The notes beneath the pieces are model-generated. The model saw only the letters and a program-made list of their open reading frames with translations, had not been told where the DNA came from and did not search any database. A stretch of 64,000 bases of DNA from Chiloscyllium plagiosum (lineage: Eukaryota): NCBI RefSeq assembly GCF_004010195.1, contig NC_057734.1:23303423-23367422 (forward strand), read 5' to 3'. The number at the start of each line of letters is the position of its first letter. The stretch's first letter is position 1. The position numbers and the translations under genes were made by a program. This document shows, in pieces, positions 50,423 to 63,275 of this stretch.

Positions 50423-53407
50423 GTGAGACAATACAGATGACTATAATAGACAAAAAGTCATGAACCCCATTAATTGCAGACATAATTGAAACTTGTAATT
50501 AATATTTGTTTTGAATAAAGTGTATACAAAAAGCTGTAACAACTTTAGCACTATTTGGGGTAATTAATAGTCCTTTATTGCATTGCAAATCGTTCCTAAA
50601 TGCTGTGGTGTTTTTTATCCATTAACCCTGCTCTCCTGAGGAGCACCTAAAAATTAAATCTTGCCCTTTACATTATCCACAAAGTTTTGGTCAAATCATC
50701 CAAGATGTGGAACATAAGAACAGGTGTACAATATTCAGCTCCTTAAACATGTTCCACCGTTCACGTAGCTCAAGTCTGATCAGAATCCTAATCCCATCTA
50801 ACTGCATTGATTCCATATCACTTTGTATGTAGCTTTCAATTGATTTAGTGTTATGGACTAGGTGAGACCAATCAAAACATTCTAAAGCAGGCAGCCCAGA
50901 CCATAACTTTGCAATTTGTTTTGGTAAGTGTACAGTGAAAATTACCCGAAGTAAGTTAGCTAGGTTGACTACTAGATTTTAAAACAGACAAAAATTTATT
51001 CACAAAATTACACAATGAAAGACAAAGAACAGAATAACGATGATTATATAATTATGATCAATGTATATGATTGTCTCGCATGCATTGCTGGTAAATAAAC
51101 ACTGATATGTAATACCAAGACAAAGCATAATGTCTCTTTTCCCACCATTGAATATTTCTGTTGGTGAATGTTCAACTTCCTGGAAAAATACCCAATGGGT
51201 CTTTCTATTCCCTCCTCATCCTCCTGCAGGAGCACTGCACCGACACCCACATCATCGATAGCCACCTTGAAAGGCTTCCTGTAATCAGGTGTGGCTAATA
51301 TTGGGGCAATGGTTAACATGGCTTTTCGGCTGTCACATGGCTTTTGACAGTCTGCTGTCCACTGAAACATCTTGCCTTTTTTTAACAATTCGGTGAGTGG
51401 AGCAGCCACACTGCTAAAATTCAGCACCAACTTTTGGTAAAAGTAGTACTGCTTTTTTTTTTTGTAGACAATGTAGGAGGTTCCCTAATTACTTTCATTT
51501 TCACATCCCTTAGGGCTTTTTGTCCATGTCCAATAATGGCCCAGGAAGGTGACTTGGGCTTTGGCAAATTCACTTTTAGCTAGGTTTACCACCAAACTTG
51601 CCTCTGAAGTCAGTCAAATAAGTCCGATAAACGCTGTACATGTTCCTTCCATGAATGACTAAAAATCACAAGGTCATCAATATACACCACACAGTTGGGT
51701 AATACGCCAGTGACCTTATTAGTCAGTCTCTGAAAAGTGACTGGACGGTTTTCATACCATTTGGCATTACAAAAGCCGAAATTGCCTTTGCTCTTACTTC
51801 ATGCCCAAAAGTTAATTCAAGTAGACTGAATTTAGTCAATTCGGTGCATCTCTGATTGCGAAAAGTATAAACGGAACTCCCATATCCCAATCATCTGGAT
51901 AATCCAGACCATAAGCCCTCAACATGGTCTTTAGTGTTTGATGCCATCTCTCTAGCACTCCCTGCCATTCTGGATAGTACGCAGTAGATTTGAATTACTT
52001 TATTCCCAAGTTATCCATAACCTCTTTGAATAGTTTGGATGTAAAGTTTGATTTGATTGGATCTCTATTGGTAGTCCATTTCTAGTAAAAGAATTTAAGT
52101 AATTCTACTACAAACCTTTTAGCTGTGATGTTGTGTAATGGGATTGCCTCTGAAATCTAGTCAATACATTCATTATTGTTAATAAATACTTATTCCCACT
52201 TTTTGTTTGAGGTAGGGGATCTAAACAAACAATCAAGACTCTTGTGAAACGTTCCTCAAATACTGGAATAGGTATTAAAAGTGCAAGTTATATTACTGAC
52301 TGTGGTTTTCCAATTAGCTGATGTGTGTGACACATCTGGCAAAATTCAAATACATTTTCGTGCAGTCCAGTATAAATGTCTTTGTATTTTAGCCTGCGTT
52401 TTCCTCGCCCCTAAATGACCTCCAAGTGTTAACTCATGTGCCACTCTCAGCACCTCCTTTCTGTACCCTACTGGCAAAACAATGTGACGAATCTCTGCCC
52501 ATTTCTCATCAGCTTGAATGTGTGATGGTCTCCATTTTCTCATTTGTTAAGTAATAACATACAGGGATGCATTCACTTTCCTTCTCTGTAAATGCCTTTT
52601 GATATAACTTTTAATTTCTCATCTTTCTGCTGTAATTCTATAAGCTTACAGAACTAAAGATACTTGCAAGTTTACCTATTTGCTGCTTCTGATCAAAAAA
52701 GGTCTCTGAGAACATTATATCAGTTTCCTTATCTGTGCCCTTTGATCTCTCCTGTTTCAACTTGTGCCTTTATGATCTTGTGACCACACAATCAGGGAAA
52801 ATGCCTGGATAAACATCCTTCATGTTTTCAGTTGCCTGCATCTCCACTAGAGTAGGTAGCACGCCTATCGGTGAATGAGCTGTATCATTCGCAAGGACAA
52901 ATTGTATTCCTGGAACTGAGAGTTTGCCCAGTACTCCTACCACAAATTCCCCACTCTTCTCTAGACACTCTAGCCTCACTTTACATAATTTAGCACTTCT
53001 TGTCTCACCATGAATTCCTGTTACCAGTCCCTTTTCTGGCAGTAGTCCCTCAGAAGTACATATCTCCTCATCCTTCAGCATTACAGACTGAGAGGATCCT
53101 GTGTCCCTTAACATTGTAACATCTTTACCTGTTACTCCTGGCCTGTGTGAATAAACTTTACCCTTGCATGTATATTTTTTCAGCAGCTCTGGCACTTCTC
53201 CTAAATCAACCTCTGATCATCTTGTACACTCTGAGGCAGTTGTCTGACTTCCCTCGTGCTTTTTGTTACTAGTCTGTCCAACAAAACTTCCAGACTTTTC
53301 TGGTTTTCCTACATTTGGTTTCTCCTAACCCACCAACATTGTGATTTCATGTGGTCCACTTTATTACAATAAAAACACCGGAGCTTTTCAACTTTTGTCC
53401 CCCTCAA

Positions 53408-55680
53408 GACAATAGACAATAGGTGCAGGAGTAGGCCATTCTGCCCTTCGAGCCAGCACCACTATTCATTATGATCATGGCTGATCATCCTCAATCAGTA
53501 TCCTGTTCCTGCCTTATCTCCATAACCCTTGATTCCACTATTCTTAAGAGCTCTATCCAACTCTTTCTTAAAAGTATCCAGATTCTTGGCCTCCACAGCC
53601 TTCTGGGGCAGAGCATTCCAAACACCCACTACTCTCTGGGTGAAGAAGTTTCTCCTCAACTCTCTTCTAAGTGGCCTACCCCTTATTTTTAAACTGTGTT
53701 CTCTGGTTCGGGACTCACCCATCAGCGGAAACATGCTTCCTGCCTCCAGAGTGTCTAATCCTTTAATAATCTTATATGTCTCAATCAGATCCCCTCTCAG
53801 CCTTCTAAACTCAAGCGTATACAAGCCCAGTCGCTCCAATCTTTCAGCGTAAGGTTAAACCTACGCTGCACTCACTCAATAGCCAGAATGTCTTTCCGCA
53901 AATTTGGAGACCAAAACTGCGCACAATATTCCAGGTGTGGTCACACCAGGGCCCTGTACAGCTGCAGAAGGACCTCTTTGCTTCTATACTCACTTCCTCT
54001 TGTTATAAAGGCCAGCATGCTATTAGCTTTCTTCACTGCCTGCTGTACCTGCATGCTTGCTTTCATTGACTGATGTACAAGAATACCTAGATCTCGCTGT
54101 ACTGCCCCTTTACCTAACTTGACTCCATTTAGGTAGTAATATGCCTTCCTGTTCTTGCCACCAAAGTGGATAATCACACATTTATCCACATTAAACTGCA
54201 TCTGTCTACTCACCTAGCCTGTCCAGGTCACCATGTATTCTCCTAACATCCTCCTCACATTTCACCCTGCCACTCAGCTTTGTGTCATCAGCAAATTTGC
54301 TAATATTACTTTTAATACCTTCATCTATGTCATTAATGTACATTGTAAAAAGCTGCAGTCCCAGCACTGATCCCTGTGGCACACCACTGGTCACCGCCTG
54401 CCATTCCGAAAGGGAGCCGTTTATCGCTACACTTTGTTTCCTGTCAGCCAACCAATTTTCAACCTCCTATGTGGGACTTATTCAAGGCTTTCTGAAAGTC
54501 TAGGTATACTACATCCACTGGATCTCCCTCATCCATCTTCAGAGTTATATCCTCCAAGAAATTCCAGAAGATTAGTCAAGCATGATTTCCCCTTCATAAA
54601 TCCATGCTGACTCTGACCTATCCTGTTACTGCTATCCAGATGTGTCGTAATTTCGTCCTTTATAATTGACTCCAGCATTTTTCCCACCGCTGAGGTCAGA
54701 CTAACTGGTCTATAATTCTCTGTTTTCTCTCTCCCTCTTTTCTTTAAAAAGTGGGACAACATTAGCCACCCTCCAATTAGCAGGAACTGATCCTGAATCT
54801 ATAGAACATTGGAAAATGATCACCAATGCATCCACGATTTCTAGAGCCACCTCCTTCAGTACCCTGGGATGCAGACCATCAGATCCCGGGGACTTATCAG
54901 CTTTCAGATCTAACAGTCTCTCTAACACCAGTTCCTGCCTAAAATTCCCTTCAGTTCAGGTCCTTCAGCCACTATTACATCTGGGAGATTGCTCGTGTCT
55001 TCCTCAGTGAAGACAGATCTAAAGTACCAATTCAACTCTTCTGCCATTTCTTTGTTCCCCGGAATATATTCACCCGTTTCTATCTTCAAGGGCCCAATTT
55101 TAGTCTTAACCATTTTTTTCTTTTCACATAACTAAAAAAATCTTTACTATCCTCCTTTATATTTTTGGCCAGTTTACCTTCGTACCTTATTTTTTCTTTG
55201 CGTATTTCCTTTTTAGTTATCCTCTGTTGTTCTTTAAAAAACTTCCCAGTCCTCCGATTTCCCACTCATCTTTGCTATGTTATACTTTTTCCCTTTTGTC
55301 TTTATATGGTCCTTAACTTCCCTAGTCAGCCACGGCCACCCCTGCCTCCCCTTAGGATCTTTCTTCCTTTTTGGAATGAACTGATCCTGCATCTTCTGCA
55401 TTATACCCAGAAATACCTGCCATTGTTGTACCACTGCCATCCCTGCTAGGGTATTGCACCATTGACCTTTGGCAAGCTCCTCCCTCAAAGCTCCATAGTT
55501 CCCCTTATTCAACAGAAATATTGTCACTTCCGATTCTACCCTCTCCCTTTCAAACTGCAGATTAATGCTTATTATATTGTGGTCACTACCTCCTAATGGC
55601 TCCTTTACTTCGAGGTCCCTGATCAAATCCGGTTCATTGCACAACACCAGATCCAGAATTGCTTTCTCCCTGGTAGGCTT
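53408..55680 (-). mobile_element. CR1 LINE (5'-truncated, frameshifted ORF2) nested in the Gypsy gag
   Basis: Motifs [50 protein letters not shown]. Short tandem tail (agacaat)x2 at 53408. Confidence 0.92.
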
Positions 55681-56432
55681 CTGGTAGGGTAGGGGTTTTT
55701 TTTTTTACCCTGGTAGGGTTTCTTTTATTTACCTACAGTAAATTATCCTCAAGATTTTCGCTGAGATCTACCTTTCCCTTTCTGCGTGATGATTTCTCTT
55801 TGCCCCAATTTCTATTCCTCGTGGACTGAAATTGATTCTGGAAGTCAAACTGTGTTTTATGGACCAGATCATAATCATCAGCTACTTCAGCTGCTAACCT
55901 TGCTGTTTTAACTCTCTGCTCTTCCACATAATTTCACACTACTTCCTCGCTAAGGTTACCTTCAGCCTTTATCTCCAGCCTTTCAGCTGACTTTCTTTTT
56001 AAGTGTCAGTTTTTGAAGTTCAAAAGCTCTCTCTTTTTCTCTCTGTTCTGCTGCTCTCTTTTTCCTTCTCTTGTGCTTTCAATTGTAAGTCAAACTGTTT
56101 CATTTCTGCTGCCCTTTCTTTATCTCCCCTCTAACTCAAGCTGCTTCATTTGCAATTGAATTCTTGCCATCTCTGTAGACTCTAGTTTTTCCAGCATGTT
56201 TAAATACTGAGCTACCACTGTAATTATCTCTCCTTTCCTCGCAAAAGCAGGTAGTTCCAATCCCACCTGGTCTGCTAATTCCTGCAGCTTGGTCTTATTC
56301 ACCTTTTGCGAACCTTCCAAAGTCACTGCATCCACATCCAGAAAACGTTTGGCGACTGAATGAGCCATTACTATCCCAAACTTTGTCTACCCAATCAAAT
56401 CAACACCTGAAATGCACTAACACCTGTTTAAA

Positions 56433-56450
56433 ATCCCAGCTGAGCCCCCA
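56433..56450 (-). other. Primer-binding site, tRNA-Pro-like
   Basis: TGGGGGCTCAGCTGGGAT lies 3 nt inside the 5' LTR and compares with the canonical tRNA-Pro PBS TGGGGGCTCGTCCGGGAT. Confidence 0.8.
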
Positions 56451-57431
56451 GTCTGTTGTGGACTAGGCCAGACCACTCAAAACTTTCTTAAGCAGGCAGT
56501 CAAGACCATAACTTTGCGATTTGTTTTGGTAAGTGTACAGTGAAAATTACCTGGAGTAAGTTAGCTAGGTTAACTACTTGATTTTAAAATAGGCAAAAAT
56601 GTATTCACAAAATTATGCAATGAAACATAAAGAACCCCTACAGAACTCAGTCTATCCAAACTAGACTTAATTATGCTGTTCCGAAGAGACACCAGTCCCA
56701 ATAAGCAAACCCCCTGAGAAACCAGTATAAATTAATAGAACAGATGCTTACAGGTTTGAGTTAGAAGGGCAGAGAGAGAGTGAGTTTGTTTCCACACAGC
56801 TCACTGTTGAACTCCCAACTAGTTCTGTTCTGAACTGAACTGGTCACTACAGAGCTGACCACTTCCTTTACATCATACAGGTCACTTCTAAAACATGACC
56901 ACTTTGGCCTGAAGTCTCATTTGTTTAAATATAAACAGAAAGACCTCTTATTACCCTTTAATCTCTATAGCAAACCAGATTAATAAGTCACAGAGAGCGG
57001 GTTTTTACCCTTCTGAAGAAAGCCAAGGACATAGCATCCTTGAGAAAAGGAACAGCTTTTACAAAAAAGAAAGCAGCTTTGTGACATTAGCATCAAATAT
57101 CTTTTGGAAGAGTGTTCCAGATTTACGCCATCTACACCACTATGCCACCTAACTTTATTATTTGAAAACTGAATTTGCAGCGCTCTCAGGTGCATTTGAA
57201 ATATGACCCTCTGCTCAATCATGAGATCGTTTTTCACATGCATGTTAATAGTGCCCTCTACACCACTCCATCATTCCTCTTCCCTCTGCCTCACATTCGA
57301 TGATGTGAATTTAGTTCAAATTGAAATTTTCATTTTCAGGAGTGTAGAAGAGTAGGAAGTCTGTCTCTTATGCTTAAAAGGAATGTCAATCACTGTATCG
57401 ACATGTAAATAATTTTGACTGTGTGAAATAG

Positions 57432-57582
57432 GTGAGGTATCGAGTTGAATGGGCCAAATTTCAGGAGCGTGAGAGGAGGAAAGAAGAGGAAGAACGGGAA
57501 AGGGAGAGAGTAGCCTATGCCCAGATTGACTGGCATGACTTTGTGGTGGTGGAAACAGTTGATTTCCAGCCCAATGAACAAG
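57432..57582 (+). CDS. SF3A1: SF3A1 exon 6 (VRYRVEWAKFQERE...IDWHDFVVVETVDFQPNEQ)
   Basis: PRP21-like motif IDWHDFVVVETVDF. 151 nt, donor G|GTAATG. Confidence 0.96.
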
Positions 57583-59013
57583 GTAATGTAACCATACAAT
57601 AGCATGAAATGTTGACTTGGGTTTAAATGTTGAACGTGGTCATTCCAAGATTAATCTGATTACAGTTTTTACAACATTCTTTCCCTTGAATGTTTCCTAG
57701 CTTGCACTTGCAATTACGGTAAGTTAATTTGAAATGTTATTGAAAAATAACGTGGATAATCTTGGAAGACTTTAATGGAATAGATTTCTTCTCTGTACTA
57801 CCAAGCACCACCTTAGAATCCTGGTCTCCAATCTTTTTGAACCCTGCCTCAGCAGTATGAAACGGTCATGGAAAAATGGAAACAATCTGTTCAGCTATTT
57901 TTCTTCACTTTCCCTACTTCTTATCTAAACTTAACGTACCGTCAATTGCTGACCTATCCTAGCGTGAATTCAACTCTTCAGTTTCTTTGTATTATTTTCC
58001 ATGCTCTCGCTAAGCTCAGCTCATTTATTAGACTCGGGCACTCCTCACTTGATACCATTCCTAAGGAACCTCTACTTCTCATGCTAGTTGACATTGTAAA
58101 TAGTTCTGATCTCATTTTTTCCTCATCCGAGATACTTGCATATGTTTTTGCCCTTTAGATCTGTGCTCATTTCAGTCTCAAAATTGTTGTCATCAATGCA
58201 AGCTGATTTTCTCCCCTTTGAAAAGATCTTAATCACAAATGTGTAATGGTAGTCTCTGAGATTGGGATGCATTATAATTTCTTAACCTGTCTATTCTTCA
58301 ACATGATCAATCTCCAACTTCTCCATTTTGAAGTGTGATGTAACTGCCCTTATTTGTTCCCACTTTCAACCTAAGGAGTTGTAGACACACTGTTTATAGG
58401 AGTAAGTAATATTTGTAGGAAACTTGCACTTTCAATTCCGAAGATCATCAGAGATCCATCCTAAGTTCTTTTCCTCTGTTACCTGTTACTTTGGCTGATA
58501 TCCTCGGCGTGGATCAGCTTGCACTTGCACATTATTAATACCCACCTGGATGGTCCTGTCATTTTCTCTTGGCTTCTGTCTTCATGCTGTTAGGTTATTT
58601 CTTTTTCAACACCAGTCTTGGATGAACAATGCTGTCTTGCAGGAAAAAATCAAAACCATCCTCTTCAATCCTGGCACAAACTGTGTTTACTTAACAGTAA
58701 CTCCACCCTTAGTTCTGCTTAAAGTTTATAGTTGGATTATTCACACTGTTCCATTGGACTTCAAGTTGAAATGTGGACTTCAAGTTGAAATGTTGACCTC
58801 TACTCCTTTTCTCATCACAAAGTCAGTCGACCAGCTTTTAACTTGCATAACATCAATTGCCATCACTCCTATTTCAATTCGTCCACCACTGAAGTATTCA
58901 TTTGAGCTGATTTCCCAATGATGTTCTAAGCAGCCTCTGGTATACCAACTTCAGCCCATTCAAATCCATACTCCCCCTGTTATCAATCCCACAACAAGTC
59001 CTGTTTAATCATT

Positions 59014-59210
59014 GTTGAAACTTTATTGCTGGAACAGCACAGCAGGTCAGGCAGCATCCAGGGAACAGGAGATTCGACGTTTCGGGCACAGGCCCTTCCT
59101 TGCCCGAAACGTCGAATCTCCTGTTCCCTGGATGCTGCCTGACCTGCTGTGCTGTTCCAGCAATAAAGTTTCAACTTTGATCTCCAGCATCTACAGACCT
59201 CACTTTCTCC
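59014..59210. mobile_element. Short foldback PLE-derived insertion, perfect 75-bp inverted arms, 18-bp TSD
   Basis: 59014-59088 is the exact reverse complement of 59101-59175. tcctgtttaatcattgtt at 58999-59016 and 59208-59225. Confidence 0.9.
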
Positions 59211-59631
59211 TGTTTAATCATTGTTCCTGTCCATGCTGTTTCCAGTTCCACAGAACCATATACTTAATGTATATTTTGTTAAATTTTCTTACTGGCTTAT
59301 GTTTCCTATCTCTAACTTCTTTCAGCAATACTATCCCGTCCTTTTGAAACTGTGATTTTGGCTTCTTGAGCACCCTTCCCTTCAACACACTGATTTTGGG
59401 TATATCTTTAGCCAATCAGATTCTATGCAGTGTAAATCCCCCTCCAGACATCTTCATTTTCCAACTTCAAGCCCTTCCTCAAAATACATCTCTATAAACA
59501 AAGTTTTGGTCCTAATCTATTCTTTGACAAAATCTGATGCTTCTTCCTCTGCCTCTTTAGTCTTAGGGATGTTTTCTACTCTGTATTATATGAATGCAAG
59601 TAACTGTTGTAGGCAACACCAATCATTTATA

Positions 59632-59971
59632 CAGCAAACTTTGTTTTAACCGGCACCTTATGAATCAGCACTGTCGGCATGTCAACAAATTTTATATACC
59701 TGAGTTACTGGACGGGTCCTGTTTTATCACAATATCCGAGTAGTCAGCTGAGACTGAGTGAGAAGGCTGTCTACTGCTAATTTTTATTTAAGGCAAAGTT
59801 ATTTTTATGCTGTAAGTAAGGTATAACTGTGATGTGTACAGCCCCTGCATTACATTTTGTTACTTAGTGTGTCTTTTTACATTGATTATGTGGACCTCAT
59901 GATCAACCAGATTATTTGATCAACTGGGTCACTGCCGGTCTCATAAGTGCTGCTTAATAAAAAGTTTACTG
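59632..59971. mobile_element. TA-flanked MITE
   Basis: ~30-bp imperfect TIRs (cagcaaacttt...cttatga / tcataag...aaagtttactg). Confidence 0.7.
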
Positions 59972-60084
59972 TATTATATTGCTTTTATGGATGTGTTTTA
60001 GCTTGACCGTAAAGCTGTGTTTTATTTGTCGTTTGTCATAATTGTGGGCCTGTGAATCAAAGGTTGTAGGTTTAAGATTTTGTT

Positions 60085-60385
60085 TTAGATTTCTTACAGT
60101 GGAAACAGGCCCTTTGACCCAAGAAGTCCAAACTGAACCTCTGAAGAGTAACCCACCCAGACCCATTTCCTTCTGACTAATGAGTAGTTCATACACTGGG
60201 CAATTTAGTATGACCACCTGACCTGCACATCTTTGGACTGTGGGAAGAAACTGGAGCACCCGGAGGAAACCCACGCAGATATGAGGAGAATGTGCAAACT
60301 CCACACAGTTGCCTGAGGCTAGAATTGAACCTGGGATCCTGGTGCTGTGAGGCAGCAGTGCTAACCACTGAGCCACCGTGTCGCC
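60085..60385 (-). mobile_element. HE1/V-SINE-like SINE
   Basis: Homologous to 6250-6560. Confidence 0.85.
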
Positions 60386-60772
60386 TGTTCTATCTGTACA
60401 CCTAATCTAGCATTATATCTAATAAAGTATTGAATGAGTGCTTTGATATTGTTATTCAGTAATATTAAATTGAGACCTCAACTGCCTGTTCTAGTGACAA
60501 AGGCAGTTGTTGAAGGTCATGAAACTTTTTTTTTAAAAAAAAGTTTTGATGTATATTGTTAACTAGGGTTCTTGCCAAGTATAAAGTAGCAGCCAAACTT
60601 GTCGAGCTAACAATATTTCTTTGATTATGTTTAGATTTAATTTTGATTTTTTTTTCTTCAACCAGACGTAGTTATACTGTAATAGTGTTATTCTTCTGTT
60701 GGGGCAGAAGTGGGAAACATAGATATGTGCAAGCAATGAAATTCATCAGTTGCTTATCCTTTCTAATTATAG

Positions 60773-60969
60773 GGCACTTCCCTCCACCAACTACCCCAGA
60801 AGAACTTGGAGCTCGTATTTTGATGCAAGAGAGATATGAGAAGTTCGGGGAGAGTGAGGAGGTTGAAATGGAGGTGGAATCTGATGATGAAGCTGAAGAA
60901 ACTGAGGATAAGCCAGAAGAGACTCCATCACAGTTGGATCAAGATACACAAGTACAGGATATGGACGAG
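60773..60969 (+). CDS. SF3A1: SF3A1 exon 7 (GHFPPPTTPEELGARIL...QVQDMDE); gene continues beyond the window
   Basis: 197 nt, phase 1-0, donor GAG|GTATGA. Resembles the recalled human sequence. Confidence 0.96.
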
Positions 60970-61209
60970 GTATGATATAAAATGATCCTGGTTATTGATG
61001 TAAAGATAGTTTTTGAGTATTTTATAGTTTATCCTCATGTTATCCTTGGAATTGCTGTCAATTTTGCAGAATTCTTCCAGCATCACTAACAACTGTTGTA
61101 AACCTAATGATACATTATAAAGACTTCAGAGATAATTACTGTAATGACAATTTGGTTTAATTTGGTGTAAAAATGTCTTTTAATTGTCCATTAAGTAATA
61201 GTGGTAATA

Positions 61210-62200
61210 CAGAGGAACCTCGATTATCCAAGTAAGATGGGCGGGCACTAGTTCGCTTCGGATAATTGATTATTCCGTTAAATGATTTCCTCTGGGGCTC
61301 GGAGTTTTCTGTGAGGTCTGATTCCCATTCAGGGGACCAGGCAGCAGCACACTGCGTGTGAGCCCCCAATCCCGTCCATTCTCCATCCGCTCCCACCCGT
61401 CCGTCCCTCCTGCACTCCCGCCCACTGGGGTGGTGGGGAAGGAGGGCCGCCTGACTGTACACCAACAGACAGACTGCTGCTGTCTTTATGGGGTAAGTCT
61501 CCAAATTAGATTACTTACAGTGTGGAAACAGGCCCTTCGGCCCAACAAGTCTACACCGACCCGCCGAAGCGCAACCCACCCATACCGTTACGTTTACCCC
61601 TTACCTAACACTACGGGCAATTTAGCATGGCCAATTCACCTAACCTGCACATCTTTGGACTGTGGGAGGAAACCGGAGCACCCGGAGGAAACCCACGCAG
61701 ACGCGGGGAGAACGTGCAAACTCCACACAGTTAGTTGCCTGAGGCGGGAATTGAACCCGGGTCTCTGGCGCTGTGAGGCAGCAGTGCTAACCACTGTGCC
61801 ACCGTGCCGCCCAAATAGTGCACATGCGCAAACACAACTTTTTTACTGCAACTTTTTGACAGGTTCTACCTCTGTCCTGTACAGGACAATGTTGGAGAGA
61901 TTATCTGAGGAAAGGGGAGGTTTAGGGTTCACCCCTATATAGAACTCTAGGGAAAGTATGGAGGGGGAGGGAGAGAGAGAGAGAGCAGGAGGTCGGTCGT
62001 TTGGAGACGGTGCCTGGACTGTCCAAGACTGTTCTCAGCAGCATTTCAGTGAGCCGAGTTTGTTTTTTAATCACTGTACCTGTAAAACAAAAGAATCGAT
62101 CAGGGTTGAAACAACTCTTTAACTTAATGTTTCTATCGGGGCCTTGAGGTCCTCTTCGGATGATCTGAAATTCAGGTAATTGATAATCGACGTTCCTGTG
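61210..62200. mobile_element. Second copy of the cagaggaacctcg MITE, opposite orientation, with nested SINE
   Basis: TIRs plus TA flanks. Internal sequence is reverse-complement homologous to 44908-45420. Confidence 0.82.
61507..61812 (-). mobile_element. HE1/V-SINE-like SINE nested in a MITE
   Basis: Near-identical to 11281-11600. ccaaat is duplicated at both ends. Confidence 0.88.
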
Positions 62201-62594
62201 TATTCAGTTCTGCTGTACATTCAAGTTATTAGCACGTCCTATGAGATGTTCAGATGTCTCTCTCTTTCAGAGAAGTCATGACCAGTGAATCAACCAGTGT
62301 CAGCGGCTAGCCTGTTAATGTGACAAGGGCTTTATTTTGAAGTTAGTTTGTTTTTATGAAAACTTAGAATTAATACTGAATTTTACTTGCAACAGACTTT
62401 GAAAATGTGTTACAGTTTTAGGCATTTGATATCTATAATGTCACCATGAACTTCTGTTCCTTTTTAAAGACATGCGTAATAACAACATAAATCATAGTAT
62501 ATTTCAAAAGGACTGACTTGATTTTCATGTTTCCAACCATACCTAACTTTTGATAAGATGCCAAGTAAATATTAAAATGAATTGTTCATTCATT

Positions 62595-63275
62595 TAGTTA
62601 GATCTCATGGAATACAGGGAGAACTAGCCATTTGGATACAGAACAGGCTCAAAGGTAGAAGACAGAGGGTGGTGGTGGAGGGTTGTTTTCCAGACTGGAG
62701 GCCTGTGACCAGTGGAGTGCCACAAGGATCGGTGCTGGGTTCTCTACTTTTTGTCATTTACATAAATGATTTGAATGTGAGCATAAGAGGTGCAGTTAGT
62801 AAGTTTGCACATGACACCAAAATTGGAGGTGTAGTGGACAGCGAATGAGGTTACCTCAGATTACAACAGGATCTGGACCAGATGGGCCAATGGGATGAGA
62901 AGTGGCAGATGGAGTTTAATTCAAATAAATGTGAGGTGCTGCATTTTGGGAAAGCAAATCTTAGCAGGACCTATACACTTAATGGTAAGGTCCTAGAGAG
63001 TGTTGCTGAATAGAGTCGCAGGTAGATAGGATAGTGAAGAAGGCATTTGGTCTGCTTTCCTTTATTGGTCAGAGTATTGAGTACAGGAGTTGGGAGGTCA
63101 TGTTGCAGCTGTACAGGACATTGGTTAGGCCACTGTTGGCAATTCTGGTCTCCTTCCTATCGAAAAGATGTTGTGAACCTTGAAAGGGTTCAGAAAAGAT
63201 TTACAAGGATTGTTGCCAGGGTTGGAGGATTTGAGCTACAGGGAGTGGCTGAACAGGCTGGCACTGTTTTCCCTG
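62595..63275 (+). mobile_element. Young CR1 fragment
   Basis: Near-identical to 9165-9770. Confidence 0.9.

Larger units (their letters stand above)
50849..57086 (-). mobile_element. Decayed Gmr1-like Gypsy LTR retrotransposon in SF3A1 intron 5
   Basis: 5' LTR 56454-57086 (TG...CA). Truncated 3' LTR 50849-~51038. TSD TTAG at 50845-50848 and 57087-57090. PBS at 56433-56450. Coding remnants in order: gag, CCHC knuckle (~53340-53380), protease LRDTGS, integrase (H..GGHLG), RT (YIDD), RNase H (PIGYFSRKL). Confidence 0.92.

Noticed and set aside
61358-61942. 194-aa ORF, and a similar 110-aa ORF at 11304-11636
   Set aside because: Antisense read-through of SINE/MITE sequence.
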